Shown in pieces: positions 51,436 through 62,180 of a stretch of 64,000 bases of DNA. A program made the position numbers and the translations under genes. Positions within the stretch are counted from its first letter, which is position 1. The number at the start of each line of letters is the position of its first letter. Source of the DNA: Promethearchaeota archaeon (GTDB lineage Archaea > Asgardarchaeota > Lokiarchaeia > Sigyniarchaeales > SOKP01); contig SHMW01000012.1 of assembly GCA_008080735.1 (NCBI GenBank), positions 1 to 64,000 on the forward strand, given 5' to 3'. The notes beneath the pieces were generated by a model. That model had not been told where the DNA came from. It was given only the letters and a program-made list of their open reading frames with translations, and did not search any database.

Positions 51436-52332
51436 TTACTTGATGACGTATTTTAATTTCAGTCCTTCTTCCTCTTCAAGGTCTAACTCTTTTCTGATTG
51501 CATTTCGAATCAAATATCCTCCCACATGAAGGACAGAATCTCTTAATATCGGATCTTGGTCCATTGAAGCATTACAAGGATATGCATGGTGAGCTGAGCT
51601 AATCATCTCATTTAATGATTTCTTGTTTGCTTTTCCATTAATGAAGTATTTTCCCTTCAATTTTTGAACAATATAATAAGTAGATCCGCAAGGTGCACTC
51701 CTTATTACACACGCATCCTCAATTGCCTTTCCGCTTTTATCTAATTTAAAAGATATCTTTGGTTTTCCAATCTGAAAATAATTAACAAATTTATTTATGT
51801 TGTCGTGTTCATGAGTTAGATTAAAACCGGCTTTATTATATTGATCTTCCTCTGTACTGAGCGAGCAGAAAGGCTTAGGAAATGCCGCCTGAATACCAAC
51901 CTCTTCAAATGCCTCCAGTACTTGCTTTTGTAATCCTGGAGGAACCCATTTTGGGTCTTCGATTGGCACGATAACACCTTTTATATCTGAATCTTTCAGT
52001 AATTCGGGCAAGCCCGCCAATAAATCTTCATGGATGCCAATTACCAATAAATATTCTAAGGGAGGGAGATCTTTAGGTAGATATTGAACGGGATCATCTA
52101 TAAATTGCGGGAGATTTTGTCCTATTTGTTTATAATAGAAAATATTATTTGAAAAGCTCTCCAGCCCTTTTCTACACTCATCGCATTTTACTTTCTGTTC
52201 TAATTCTTCGCACGCCGTACAAAATTCATCATGGTTGACTAAATGTCCTACAAATTTCTTGGTCAAGTCTAATGTATCTGGATCTGAGCCATATAGAACT
52301 CCCAATTTATAAAATGCGTTTTCTCTCTTCAT
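51436..52332 (-). CDS. DUF166 family protein
   Basis: P..IDDP..YLP, PKPFCSL, RSAPCGST, HHAYPC.ASM; extra CxxC...CxxC near the N-terminus. Confidence 0.8.
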   Translation of the reverse strand: MKRENAFYKLGVLYGSDPDTLDLTKKFVGHLVNHDEFCTACEELEQKVKCDECRKGLESFSNNIFYYKQIGQNLPQFIDDPVQYLPKDLPPLEYLLVIGIHEDLLAGLPELLKDSDIKGVIVPIEDPKWVPPGLQKQVLEAFEEVGIQAAFPKPFCSLSTEEDQYNKAGFNLTHEHDNINKFVNYFQIGKPKISFKLDKSGKAIEDACVIRSAPCGSTYYIVQKLKGKYFINGKANKKSLNEMISSAHHAYPCNASMDQDPILRDSVLHVGGYLIRNAIRKELDLEEEEGLKLKYVIK

Positions 52333-52519
52333 TTTTTTATTTTAATATTTTTCTCTTTTTAATCTAATGACATCTTAAAATAAAGTTTGCCCATTTATAA
52401 TCCTAATTTCGAACATGTTCACTTAAGTGCCTCATAAATTTATAAATAAGCATATATAAAAATTTCAATTCTTATATCTTAAAAATAGAGATATACTATT
52501 TGGTGAACATCTGATACAA

Positions 52520-53359
52520 ATGGACATCGAACATAGATATAAAATGATTTTTTTGAGTCTCCCCGATAAGATTTCTAAAATTGTTGGGGATCTCGATACT
52601 ATAAAGGTCGAGCGCTTGAATAGTAAGAAGAATCTAGTTTTTGACCTTTCTGTTGAAGATTCTTCAGACACTCTTCAGAAAGACTATATTTTAAAATACT
52701 ATCGAACTAAAAATGCGGATATAGAATTTACTACTCTTTCACACTTATATAAGCAAGGGCTTGATGTCCCCTCTGTGATCTCTTATGAAAAACCTTTCCT
52801 TTTGCTTGAGAAAATAGATGGAATTAATTTATGCGATTTTATTAATGAACCTCTCCACAAGATAAGTGAAATATCTGAGCTTGAGTCTGAAATGCGCAAA
52901 AAAATTATTAAAAGTATAGATATGCTTGCCAGCTGGCTCACTGACCTTCATAAGCGCAATATTATCACTCATAAAGATTTGGAGAAAACAATCGTACTTA
53001 ACAAGGGAGATACGCGTCTTCGGGATTTTATCATTCAAATGGACAATAAAATGGTCTATGGACTAGATTTTGAGGAAGCGTATGAAGGGAACCATATAGA
53101 TGATCTTGCGTGGATTTGTTGTTCTCTTATTGATACTAAACCCGGTTTATTTGAACTAGACGAGCCATATCATAAAATTGAATTGATGAATGAGTTTTTA
53201 AAACACTATTATAAAATAAATAATGATTTTACATTTTCCTTCAGTTATTTCGCGGAAGCATTGATAAACAACCTGAATATCGTTATTAAGCGACGGGGGT
53301 TAAATGTTGGGAAACTAGATAAAAAACGAATTCTAAACAATATTACAAGCAACTTTTAA
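52520..53359 (+). CDS. Protein-kinase-like phosphotransferase (APH/RIO/Bud32-like)
   Basis: ILKYY, E...L..L...GL.VP, LLLEKIDG, KGDTRLRDF, LDFE. Confidence 0.75.
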   Translation: MDIEHRYKMIFLSLPDKISKIVGDLDTIKVERLNSKKNLVFDLSVEDSSDTLQKDYILKYYRTKNADIEFTTLSHLYKQGLDVPSVISYEKPFLLLEKIDGINLCDFINEPLHKISEISELESEMRKKIIKSIDMLASWLTDLHKRNIITHKDLEKTIVLNKGDTRLRDFIIQMDNKMVYGLDFEEAYEGNHIDDLAWICCSLIDTKPGLFELDEPYHKIELMNEFLKHYYKINNDFTFSFSYFAEALINNLNIVIKRRGLNVGKLDKKRILNNITSNF

Positions 53360-53505
53360 AGACTTAACCCATGATCTATTTACACAATCATATAATCCAT
53401 ATCAAAATTTTAAAACTGAACAAATATTTACCTTAAGCACTAAATGTTTTATATCCTCATCACCATAAAATTATTAATATAGAAAATTAACAAGATCCAA
53501 AAAAA

Positions 53506-54261
53506 ATGAGTGGAAATATAACTGATTCAAAAACCGCTATTAAGAAAATTCTCTTATTAGTAGATGAAATAAAAGGTATCAATTCAGATTCGATTCCCAA
53601 ACTAACAGACCAACCTAATAAATTATTGGAAACGGTAGAAGCCTTTGAAGCAGAAAAAACGGCCGATTTAAACACGATTGAATCTAACTCCGATGAAATT
53701 ACCTCCTTAAAAAATAAAATAACTCAAAACAAGCGAGACATCGTTAAATTAAATGAAGATATTGACGATCTTAATGCTAAACGTCAAGAATATTTGGATA
53801 AGATACAACAAGTTCAAAATAAGCTCACAGAAGTTCGTGAAGAAATTAAGAGTAAAACCAATGAATATAATTCGAGGAGCGATCGTTTGAAAGAATTGGA
53901 AGAAACCATCGCAGAACTGAAAATTGAACAAGATAAATTTGATGAAAAAATCGCCAAATTACAAAGTGAGCTCGAAGATACATATCTCAATCGACAAGCA
54001 TTCGTAGAGAATTATGAAAACCGAGTGGAGGCAATGAATTTGTTGATTCAGAAGGATTATATTCAATCTGATCAGATTAAGTTGATCAAGGCACTCCAAA
54101 AAGACGCTGCGTTAGAGTTGAAGAATATTCTTGTCGCGATAGATTTACGAGAAGATAAAGCCGATAAAATCTTGAAAAAGATGGTTCAGCAGAATGGACC
54201 CATTGAATATAATGAGGAAGCTGGAACTGTTAAACTACTAGAGGAGGTGGATTTCAAATGA
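53506..54261 (+). CDS. Long coiled-coil protein with a C-terminal winged-helix-like domain
   Basis: About 150-aa heptad region, then three short helices and a beta hairpin (IEYNEEAGTVKL). Confidence 0.75.
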   Translation: MSGNITDSKTAIKKILLLVDEIKGINSDSIPKLTDQPNKLLETVEAFEAEKTADLNTIESNSDEITSLKNKITQNKRDIVKLNEDIDDLNAKRQEYLDKIQQVQNKLTEVREEIKSKTNEYNSRSDRLKELEETIAELKIEQDKFDEKIAKLQSELEDTYLNRQAFVENYENRVEAMNLLIQKDYIQSDQIKLIKALQKDAALELKNILVAIDLREDKADKILKKMVQQNGPIEYNEEAGTVKLLEEVDFK

Positions 54262-54995
54262 GTTCTCCTAAAGAAATTCTGAGCTTGATTGAACAATTTG
54301 AAAACGTCTTTGATACGTATCAACGCTCCTTACAGAAAAATTTTGATGAGATTATCCAGAATGTGAGCAACATCTGGAAGAATATGAAAGCGGAGCAAGA
54401 AGAGGTTGAGAAGTTGGCTGAGACCATTCGTCAACAAAATTCCGAGCTAACTGAATTGAAAACCGAATCAAATGAATTGGATAAACAAATCGGAGATTTG
54501 AAAGCGAAGAAGGAGGAATTAAATACAAAAATTCTTGACTTAAAAAGTACTTTGGAACGCAATACAAATGAACTTAAAAAGCCTGAATTTGAATTACAGA
54601 CCTTGACCTCAAATTTGAACTCTGTCAATGAGAAAATTCAAGAAAAAGAGCAGCAAAAAGCAGAATTAGATCAAAAGAAACTTGACAATGAACAGAAGGA
54701 AAAAGAACTGAAATCCAGCTACTCCGATGAAAAAATGGAAGAATTGGAGAAAAAACTCGATAGGGTGAAGCAAGAGCATTTCTTCAGCTCATTCTTGATT
54801 GAAAACTCTGATGAAAATATCCCTGAAGTGGATATCCTTGCTAGTATTATGTCCGAAGGGGGGCAAGCAAATATGGACGACCTCAAAAAGCAACTCGACG
54901 TACCTCCTATCATGGCCGTTAGAACGATTAAACAGTTAGCGGTAAAGGGGATCATCAATCTGAACGAAGACACGAACCAGATTACAATGGTATAA
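54258..54995 (+). CDS. Long coiled-coil protein with a C-terminal winged-helix domain
   Basis: ATGA overlap with the upstream gene and GAGGTG SD; C-terminal MDDLKKQLDVPPIMAVRTIKQLAVKGIINL is a wHTH pattern. Confidence 0.78.
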   Translation: MSSPKEILSLIEQFENVFDTYQRSLQKNFDEIIQNVSNIWKNMKAEQEEVEKLAETIRQQNSELTELKTESNELDKQIGDLKAKKEELNTKILDLKSTLERNTNELKKPEFELQTLTSNLNSVNEKIQEKEQQKAELDQKKLDNEQKEKELKSSYSDEKMEELEKKLDRVKQEHFFSSFLIENSDENIPEVDILASIMSEGGQANMDDLKKQLDVPPIMAVRTIKQLAVKGIINLNEDTNQITMV

Positions 54996-55295
54996 CCATA
55001 CTTACATGTTTTATTTTTAATTTTTTTTGATACTCAAATTTTACTCAATTTATTTTTCATAACCTTCCTTAATTAATTCTTTTACCATGATTTTTTGATG
55101 CTTATCACAGAGGGAATTCATATCATCATTTTTCATAAAAATTTTCCATTCCCCTCCATTTTTCTCAATGAACTTTATTATTAAGACTCTCTCCTCCTTT
55201 AATTTAGATCTCACCTCTAAATAGTTAGTCTCAAGGTTTTCTTGGTATTGATAAGAAAATCAAGAATAAAAAGCAAAAATGGTATTATGTCTTTA

Positions 55296-56633
55296 TTAGG
55301 ATTTAAGGCTCTGAAAGAATTTTCTTACCTTCTTTTTAGATATAGTCTTGGTTTTAAGAGAAAGACGTCGTAACTTTCCGAGTTTTCTTAAGCTTCTTAT
55401 ATCATTAAAAGGATTATTTTCCAGATTGAGGTACTCAAGATTCTTTAGTTTATTCAATTTATTCAATCCGCTGATGTTATGTATCGCATTGAACTTGAGA
55501 TTAAGAAAATATAAATTCTTTAGCTTACTAAGCCCTTCTATCTTCGAAATATTATTCCATTCCAAATTTAGAACTTCTAAATTTTGGAGATGAGGTAATC
55601 CCTTAATCTTTGAGACAAGATTATATTGTAGGTGGAGCTCCTTTAAATTACGGAGATTGTCTAACCCATCTATCTCGGAAATAAGATTGCATTTCAAGAT
55701 TAATATCTCCAATTTTGAGAGATGGTCTAACCCTTGTATTTTTCTCAGATTGTTATACTCGAAATCCACTCGTTTTAAATTTTGTAGATTTTCCAAGTGA
55801 TTGATCTGCTTTAATTTACATCCGCTAATTACAAGTATCTCCAATTTGGTAAAGTTCTTAATGATTTCTAATTCCATGTGGGGATTATTCTCGATGACAA
55901 GAGTTCTCAGCTCTTTAAATTTATTCAGACAGTCAAGCTCTATTTCGCCCGAAATTCCTAACCCCTCTAAGCTTGTTAACTCTTTTAAGCCGTTTATCTC
56001 GCTTAATCTTTTTCTCTTGATGGGATATAAACTTAGTTTTGAAATAAATCCCTCTTTTACCTCATAAAAAGCGATTTCATTCCTCTTCAACAGATGGTCA
56101 ATAAACTTGAAATTGTGGAGCATGGATATTAATTGATTTAGGGAGAACTCTGTATAATCGGTTTTGGAAAATATAGTTCTTAATTCTCCTATATAATAGT
56201 GAATGGGATAGATATCTCTCCTTTTGAGGATTTCTTTAATTTCTCTGATGACAAATGAACGAGTCAATTCTGTATCTCTTTGCTTTAAAAGTTCAAATAT
56301 GCTGTAAAAAAAGTCTGGGGATGATTCCATTCGCAAAGCCCATCTTAAGGCGGTTAAGCCTTTTTTTAAATAGGTTTTCACGATCATTTCAGCACTAAGC
56401 CTTCTCAGATTTCTATCCGAATCCGAAATTAGAATGTTTTCAAGTAATAGAAAGAGATTTATATTTTTAACATCTATTTTCTGAATGATCTCGAGGCTCT
56501 TACTTCTTATATCTGGGTTATTACTATGTTCGATATATGAACGTAATAAATCTAATGCTGTCGTTTCCTTTAAAGCACCATCCTTATATTTCCGATAAAT
56601 CTCCACCGGCTTTTGTATACTCAGAATAATCAC
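55296..56633 (-). CDS. Leucine-rich repeat protein (SDS22-like 22-aa repeats) with a HEAT-like N-terminus
   Basis: Repeats of L..L..L.L..N.I..I.GL in the C-terminal half. Confidence 0.9.
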   Translation of the reverse strand: MIILSIQKPVEIYRKYKDGALKETTALDLLRSYIEHSNNPDIRSKSLEIIQKIDVKNINLFLLLENILISDSDRNLRRLSAEMIVKTYLKKGLTALRWALRMESSPDFFYSIFELLKQRDTELTRSFVIREIKEILKRRDIYPIHYYIGELRTIFSKTDYTEFSLNQLISMLHNFKFIDHLLKRNEIAFYEVKEGFISKLSLYPIKRKRLSEINGLKELTSLEGLGISGEIELDCLNKFKELRTLVIENNPHMELEIIKNFTKLEILVISGCKLKQINHLENLQNLKRVDFEYNNLRKIQGLDHLSKLEILILKCNLISEIDGLDNLRNLKELHLQYNLVSKIKGLPHLQNLEVLNLEWNNISKIEGLSKLKNLYFLNLKFNAIHNISGLNKLNKLKNLEYLNLENNPFNDIRSLRKLGKLRRLSLKTKTISKKKVRKFFQSLKS

Positions 56634-56767
56634 AATTGGATGTGTGAATCTTTAGTTAAATGCCTATGTCGGTTCTTCAAAAATTTACATCACAATTAAT
56701 ATAAAATTATTATGTGAAAAAATTTTATGGCTTATTTTTTTGGCTATTTTTGGGAAATATTTCTAAT

Positions 56768-57958
56768 CTATTGAATTCGATCAGCAACAATGTCTTCAAT
56801 ATTCAATACTTTTATCTCTTTATTCATTTTTTGTATAGCTAAGTTGAGTTGATTCTTACAAAATACACAAGAAGTAGCAATTATTTCTGCTCCTGTTTTG
56901 AGCGCCTCTTTAATACGGATTTTCGCTATTTCTAATGAATCCTCTGGAAAACCTGCTTTAAAACCCCCTCCAGCCCCACAACATATAGCTTCCTGTCTAG
57001 TATGTTCCATTTCTATCAATTTGACGGCAGGGATGGCATTTAAAATCTTCCTTGGTTCATCATAAATTCCCATATGCCGTCCTAAATGACAAGGATCGTG
57101 GTAAGTAATTTTTTTTGGCCATTTTTTAAAATCAATTTCTTTTTTTTTTAATTTATCAACTATAAATTCTGATAAATGAATAAGTTGAAAGGGTAGTTGT
57201 GACTCTGTAAATTTACCCCAATCATTTTTAGCTGTTTTATAGCAACCAGCACAATTAAAAATAATTTTTTTAACTCCCCTTTCCTTAAGAGTATTGATGT
57301 TTTGTTTGATATAATCTTCCAAGTGAAATTCAATTAACTGATTTTCATAACTAAAAGTTAAATCCACTAATCCAGTTCTCAAATAAGGGCTTCCGCAACA
57401 ATATTCATCTTCCTTTAATAATACAAATCCCTCTTTTAGTATTTTAGATAAAATCTTCGCCGTATTGATAGCGCATTCTTTAGCTCTATAGGATGATGTA
57501 CAGCCTACGAAATATGCATATTTGCCTGAAGATGTAATATTTAACTCCTTATTCATCCATATCATTCTATTTTGCTGTGGTTCTCCATAAGGATTTTTAT
57601 TCTCGACTAAATAAGGAATAAATTTATTTTGTTTGTCAATTGTTCTCTTCGCCTTATTAATAATGTCTTTACGTATCTTTTCGAGAATTTCTACATAATC
57701 TAATTCAATAGGACATATTTCTTCGCATCGTTTACAAGTTGTACAAAAAGCGATCATTTCAATAAAATCTCCCGAAAATTTTAAGCCCTCTTCAATAAAA
57801 GTTCGTAAAATTCTCATTCTCCCACCAGCAAATTTGCTTTCCTTTCTTGAAATTAAATAAGTGGGGCAGACTTCTCTACACATTGAACAATTACTGCATA
57901 ATTTGATATAATCCTCATAATCAGAAATCTTTAGTTTTTTTTTAATCACCATTCTCAA
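56768..57958 (-). CDS. Fe-S oxidoreductase, GlcF/HdrD-like (2x4Fe-4S plus two CCG domains)
   Basis: CSNCSMCREVCP, CTTCKRCEEICP, YCCG, YHDPCHLGR, CCGAGGG. Confidence 0.9.
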   Translation of the reverse strand: MRMVIKKKLKISDYEDYIKLCSNCSMCREVCPTYLISRKESKFAGGRMRILRTFIEEGLKFSGDFIEMIAFCTTCKRCEEICPIELDYVEILEKIRKDIINKAKRTIDKQNKFIPYLVENKNPYGEPQQNRMIWMNKELNITSSGKYAYFVGCTSSYRAKECAINTAKILSKILKEGFVLLKEDEYCCGSPYLRTGLVDLTFSYENQLIEFHLEDYIKQNINTLKERGVKKIIFNCAGCYKTAKNDWGKFTESQLPFQLIHLSEFIVDKLKKKEIDFKKWPKKITYHDPCHLGRHMGIYDEPRKILNAIPAVKLIEMEHTRQEAICCGAGGGFKAGFPEDSLEIAKIRIKEALKTGAEIIATSCVFCKNQLNLAIQKMNKEIKVLNIEDIVADRIQ

Positions 57959-57982
57959 CCCATAATCTTAATTTAATTCGTT

Positions 57983-59473
57983 TTATTCAACTTTATTCTC
58001 AAATATTGGAAATATTTTTTCCATACCCAGTTTTACAGCCATTTTCCTCCAAAACAAGTTTAATTCAAAAATACTGTTGATACGTCTGTATGAAGTAAAC
58101 GAATTTATAAGCTTATTGGGGTTTAAAATATATTGAGGATCATATTGCTTTTTTTGTGTTATTAGTTTTTCTTTCTTTTTTGGCTCGAATTTATCCAAAT
58201 AGATGCTATTATATAATCCATAATCATATAATTCACCCAGATTATTTTGATATGCAAATTTTACAATTCGATGCAATATGCCTTTACTTGAAAGGAAATG
58301 AACTATAAAATCATTATTGGTGAAGGTAAATAAGACTAATCTTACTTCATTTTTGTTCCCTAAAACCCCAATAAAACCTTCATTTAAATTTCTCTGTTTA
58401 GATAATTCTCTGAATCTTGTTAAAATTATTGCTGTATATTTAATTTTGATTAAAAAACTCTGCAACATTAAAACTGGTATATCTTTCTTTAAGCGCATCT
58501 CATCTTTCAAAATATTTTGCCACATTTCATTGGAGATATCATCTTCAATTGATACTATATCATATTTTTGGTTACTAGATGAGATGATCTTTTGAATATC
58601 TTCTCTTAGTCTTTCATTTTCAATTACCAAAAGGCAATAGTACTCAAAATTTGCAGTATCATACAATTTTTGAAAATAATTTCTATCAAAAAAACTAAGA
58701 TAATAAATCTCTTCCTTTTCCTTAAATTTCTCAATAAAATCTACTAGATTTGTAAATTCTTTAAATCCATATAATAAAGAAATTTTTTGACGTTTTTTAC
58801 TCAATTTAAAAGTGACTTCTATTATGATAGCAAATAATCCATATGTGCCAATAAATACATTAAATTCCTCTGGGCTTTTGAGGTGTTTCAGACCTTCACT
58901 AGGACTAATAACTTTTAACTCAAGAATGTGTTTTGAAAAACTATTATGCTTTAAAGTACCAATTCCAATTGATCCTTTTGTATTTAGCCACCCACCTATT
59001 GTAGCAGAAAGAGCGCTAGAAGAAATGGAAGGGATTTCTAAATTTTCTTCGTCTAAATATTCCACTAATTTTCCCAGATTCACACCGGCTTGAGCAGTAA
59101 GAGTATTTCTGTTTTTATTTAATTCAAATTTATTGAGGGTTTTTAAATCTAATACAACATCTCCCATTGAAGGTACACTGGAACCATAATATCCTGTTCC
59201 TCCACCCCTAATCGTAATTGGAACATTATATTGGATTGCTAAATTAACTATTATTTTAATTTGATCTGCACTTTTCGGCCAAATAACTATTCGGGCAATG
59301 TAATCTTCTTTCCAGCGCCAGTGGTAGAATGGAATACCAGATAAATCTCCGCTGACACTAATACGTTCAATTAATGATTCTGAAAATTCTATTGGATTTA
59401 AAGATTCTAATTCTTTTTTGAAACTCTTGAAATCAGGTTTTTCAGGTATATATTTTTGTGATTTCTTAAACAA
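57983..59473 (-). CDS. FAD-binding oxidoreductase (GlcD/VAO-like)
   Basis: P.TIRGGGTGY.G, AQAGV, ATIGGW, GTYGLFAII.E, K..YDP..ILNP.K. Confidence 0.85.
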   Translation of the reverse strand: MFKKSQKYIPEKPDFKSFKKELESLNPIEFSESLIERISVSGDLSGIPFYHWRWKEDYIARIVIWPKSADQIKIIVNLAIQYNVPITIRGGGTGYYGSSVPSMGDVVLDLKTLNKFELNKNRNTLTAQAGVNLGKLVEYLDEENLEIPSISSSALSATIGGWLNTKGSIGIGTLKHNSFSKHILELKVISPSEGLKHLKSPEEFNVFIGTYGLFAIIIEVTFKLSKKRQKISLLYGFKEFTNLVDFIEKFKEKEEIYYLSFFDRNYFQKLYDTANFEYYCLLVIENERLREDIQKIISSSNQKYDIVSIEDDISNEMWQNILKDEMRLKKDIPVLMLQSFLIKIKYTAIILTRFRELSKQRNLNEGFIGVLGNKNEVRLVLFTFTNNDFIVHFLSSKGILHRIVKFAYQNNLGELYDYGLYNSIYLDKFEPKKKEKLITQKKQYDPQYILNPNKLINSFTSYRRINSIFELNLFWRKMAVKLGMEKIFPIFENKVE

Positions 59474-60380
59474 GTCCTACACCCCAATAAATAATTCCAA
59501 ATATAAAGTTAAATCCCCAAGATCCCAATGCTATATATCCTGAAGGTCTATGTCGTATCCCGCTCAAACCCTTTAATGCGCCATATACACAAGCAACAAA
59601 ACCTACCGAACCCAAAACTATATGAATAAGATGCCATATATCCACGAATAATGTAGTTGTCCAAAATACGATCAAATCAATTGATTCTGGGATAATAGAA
59701 ATAAGATTTATAGATGACAGAACTAAAGCAAATGCCGAAAGCCTCCCATGCGTTTTAATATACTTTCTATAATCAATTTCTGATACGATCGTCGCTATTG
59801 ATAAAGAAACTATAGCAATCGCTCCCAAATAGATATTATAATGATCTAACAGAGCGCCAAAAAATCGTGCAATATAATCAAAAATACTTGCTTGATCAAC
59901 AATGATATTAAATACGATATAAGCAATATAAGGCTTGCCCGTTCCATCGTGAATCCCTTCAGGACTTCTCACATAAAATAAGATATCATAAATACCCCTC
60001 TGTTTGGGACTCGTTATCGTAAAATTTACGGATATGCTATTTGCTGTGCCATTTCCATCATAAATTGAATTATCTGGTATATAATCCGAGGGATGTGCAG
60101 TAAATTTATTATTATCAACTGAAATACTATTAAATTCTAGAATGGCACCTGTTCCTCCACCTTCCATTTTTATTGTAAAGTTTTGATTCGGATCTACGGT
60201 TATAGATGTAGCAGATTCTGTTTTAATATGATATTCACCCGAAATATGACAATTATCGTTTGGATCATCATCGGGAGTAGAATATCCTTTTTTTGAAAAT
60301 AAAAGTAGTATGAGCAAAATTATTGTTATTGATAAGAAAATTCTCTTTTTTAAGAATGCTTTAGGACACTTATTGTACAT
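59466..60380 (-). CDS. Membrane protein: signal peptide, extracellular beta domain, 4-TM His-bearing cytochrome-b-like domain
   Basis: N-terminal hydrophobic leader; His residues in or next to the TM segments (KTHG, WHLIH, RH); overlaps the FAD gene start. Confidence 0.55.
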   Translation of the reverse strand: MYNKCPKAFLKKRIFLSITIILLILLLFSKKGYSTPDDDPNDNCHISGEYHIKTESATSITVDPNQNFTIKMEGGGTGAILEFNSISVDNNKFTAHPSDYIPDNSIYDGNGTANSISVNFTITSPKQRGIYDILFYVRSPEGIHDGTGKPYIAYIVFNIIVDQASIFDYIARFFGALLDHYNIYLGAIAIVSLSIATIVSEIDYRKYIKTHGRLSAFALVLSSINLISIIPESIDLIVFWTTTLFVDIWHLIHIVLGSVGFVACVYGALKGLSGIRHRPSGYIALGSWGFNFIFGIIYWGVGLV

Positions 60381-60677
60381 TTTTACGAATGAATGAGGTT
60401 TTAATATAGAAAAATATCCAATTAGTCTAATTAATCCTTATGAATTTGTTAACATAACGAGATTAATTAATTTTCTTATTAAATTAGTAATCTAGGTGGT
60501 TCTCTATTTGAATCTTATCTCTAAAAATATCACTATAAAAAGATGTTTTTCTCTAATTTGGAAATTTTCTAAAGTTTTGTAATATTCTGACCTAAATTAA
60601 AGCATTATGTTCATTTATACATAACATTTTTAAATTTCTCTACCCTATTATTTCTAGAATTTATATACAAATTTTTA

Positions 60678-62180
60678 GTGAAAAAAATGGAAACAAAAGA
60701 TGGAATTATTGGAGTTTTAATAATTGCCATAGTAGGATTATCAGGTGGCTTAGGATTTATCTTAATAAATCCTCCAACTACCACTACTCCGGGGGGACCC
60801 GATCAACCGATAGTCTACGATTCAGCACTTCCTGATGATTGGAGTAGTGCACCAAATGCTTCATATTTCACATTTAATAATCAAACGGATAGCGATATAC
60901 AAGTATCACTGGAAGAAATATTAGATGCCGTTAGAAGTCTAGAAGTCAATGGGGAGTACTCTTGGGAAGGGGGAATTGAAGTCAGAACTATAGTGGATCC
61001 TGATTCTGGAATGTATATTGCCGGAATAGCTATCACAGACCTATTATTTCATCTAAATACGCATTTTCCAGGTGATATAGAGTTCCTTGGTAAAAAAGAT
61101 GATTACGGTCAACAAGCTAAATTCACAACTTCGGCAAAGCAAATAATTGAAAAACTTGAAGATGGTGAAGAAGATATTTTAATCGCCATCGCAGTAAATA
61201 AAGAATGGTTGAGAGATTCTCCTTTATCTGAGTGGGGAGATTTTGCGCTTGTTGGAGAAGGTATGAATACAATTAAGGAATTAGATGAGGTTAATGTTCT
61301 GAACAATTGGACTTTACCTATTAAGGTAGATGGGAATGTGGTTTACGAATTACAACCCCAAAATATAACCAGTTATACAGATACTATTCCATATTATGCC
61401 TATGATCGGACTGATGATTGGAGCATTAATAGAAGTTATTGGGGAATGAACATATCTCGTATTTGTGATTGGTTAGATCTTAACGAATCTGTTTATTTTG
61501 AACTTAAAGGAAGATCAGCAGATGGTTGGGCAACACCAACAGGTAGGACTGATTATACAGGAGGGCGGAGAGGCTGGAAAACAAGTGAAGTTTATGACGG
61601 ATTAGAATATGATTCGGAATATTGGTCCTATGTAAATGAAACTGATACTTACGATGGGGATCCTTTACCCGCAGAACTTGGGGGTAAACCATTGTTACTT
61701 GCTTATGCTCACCAACTTCATGGGGAGATTGATACCCAATCTGGAGATACGAACCCACCTTGGCCTGCTAGAAAAAAGCTTGGGATGTTAAGTGGTCCAT
61801 ATAAAGTTTTTGCAGGGGGTCAAGATAGAGGCGCTCAAGTTAAATATATTTCCTCTATCGAAATCTATACAGTATTAGCCTATTGGGACTCAAACGTCAC
61901 CTTTGTAGGAAGTGGTAAAGATGCAACTCCAACCTTAAATGTATCGGACTCAATACAGTTTAACTGGACGGGCAGTGCAGTATTTAATTCAACATTAGAC
62001 TTTCAATGGTGGTTCAATTCTTCAAGTACTTCATATAACTCAACTGAGAAGCATCCTGTAATTACTTTTGATACACCTGGTACATATACTATCACCTTGA
62101 CGGTTTTTGATGCCCTTGGTAATAAAAATACCCAAAAAACAGGATACTGGGATAGATTCGTTGTAGAAGACAATACCTGA
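60678..62180 (+). CDS. Membrane-anchored extracellular protein with molybdopterin-oxidoreductase-like domain(s) and a C-terminal PKD domain
   Basis: N-terminal TM and PT linker; YWG.NI, ADGW, LLLAY, GPYKV, VKYISSIEI; PKD P..TFDTPGTYTITLTV.D..G. Confidence 0.6.
   Translation: MKKMETKDGIIGVLIIAIVGLSGGLGFILINPPTTTTPGGPDQPIVYDSALPDDWSSAPNASYFTFNNQTDSDIQVSLEEILDAVRSLEVNGEYSWEGGIEVRTIVDPDSGMYIAGIAITDLLFHLNTHFPGDIEFLGKKDDYGQQAKFTTSAKQIIEKLEDGEEDILIAIAVNKEWLRDSPLSEWGDFALVGEGMNTIKELDEVNVLNNWTLPIKVDGNVVYELQPQNITSYTDTIPYYAYDRTDDWSINRSYWGMNISRICDWLDLNESVYFELKGRSADGWATPTGRTDYTGGRRGWKTSEVYDGLEYDSEYWSYVNETDTYDGDPLPAELGGKPLLLAYAHQLHGEIDTQSGDTNPPWPARKKLGMLSGPYKVFAGGQDRGAQVKYISSIEIYTVLAYWDSNVTFVGSGKDATPTLNVSDSIQFNWTGSAVFNSTLDFQWWFNSSSTSYNSTEKHPVITFDTPGTYTITLTVFDALGNKNTQKTGYWDRFVVEDNT

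Noticed and set aside
48909-55300. Integrated element at tRNA-Leu
   Set aside because: No integrase and no duplicated tRNA 3' end noticed; flanking genes look chromosomal.
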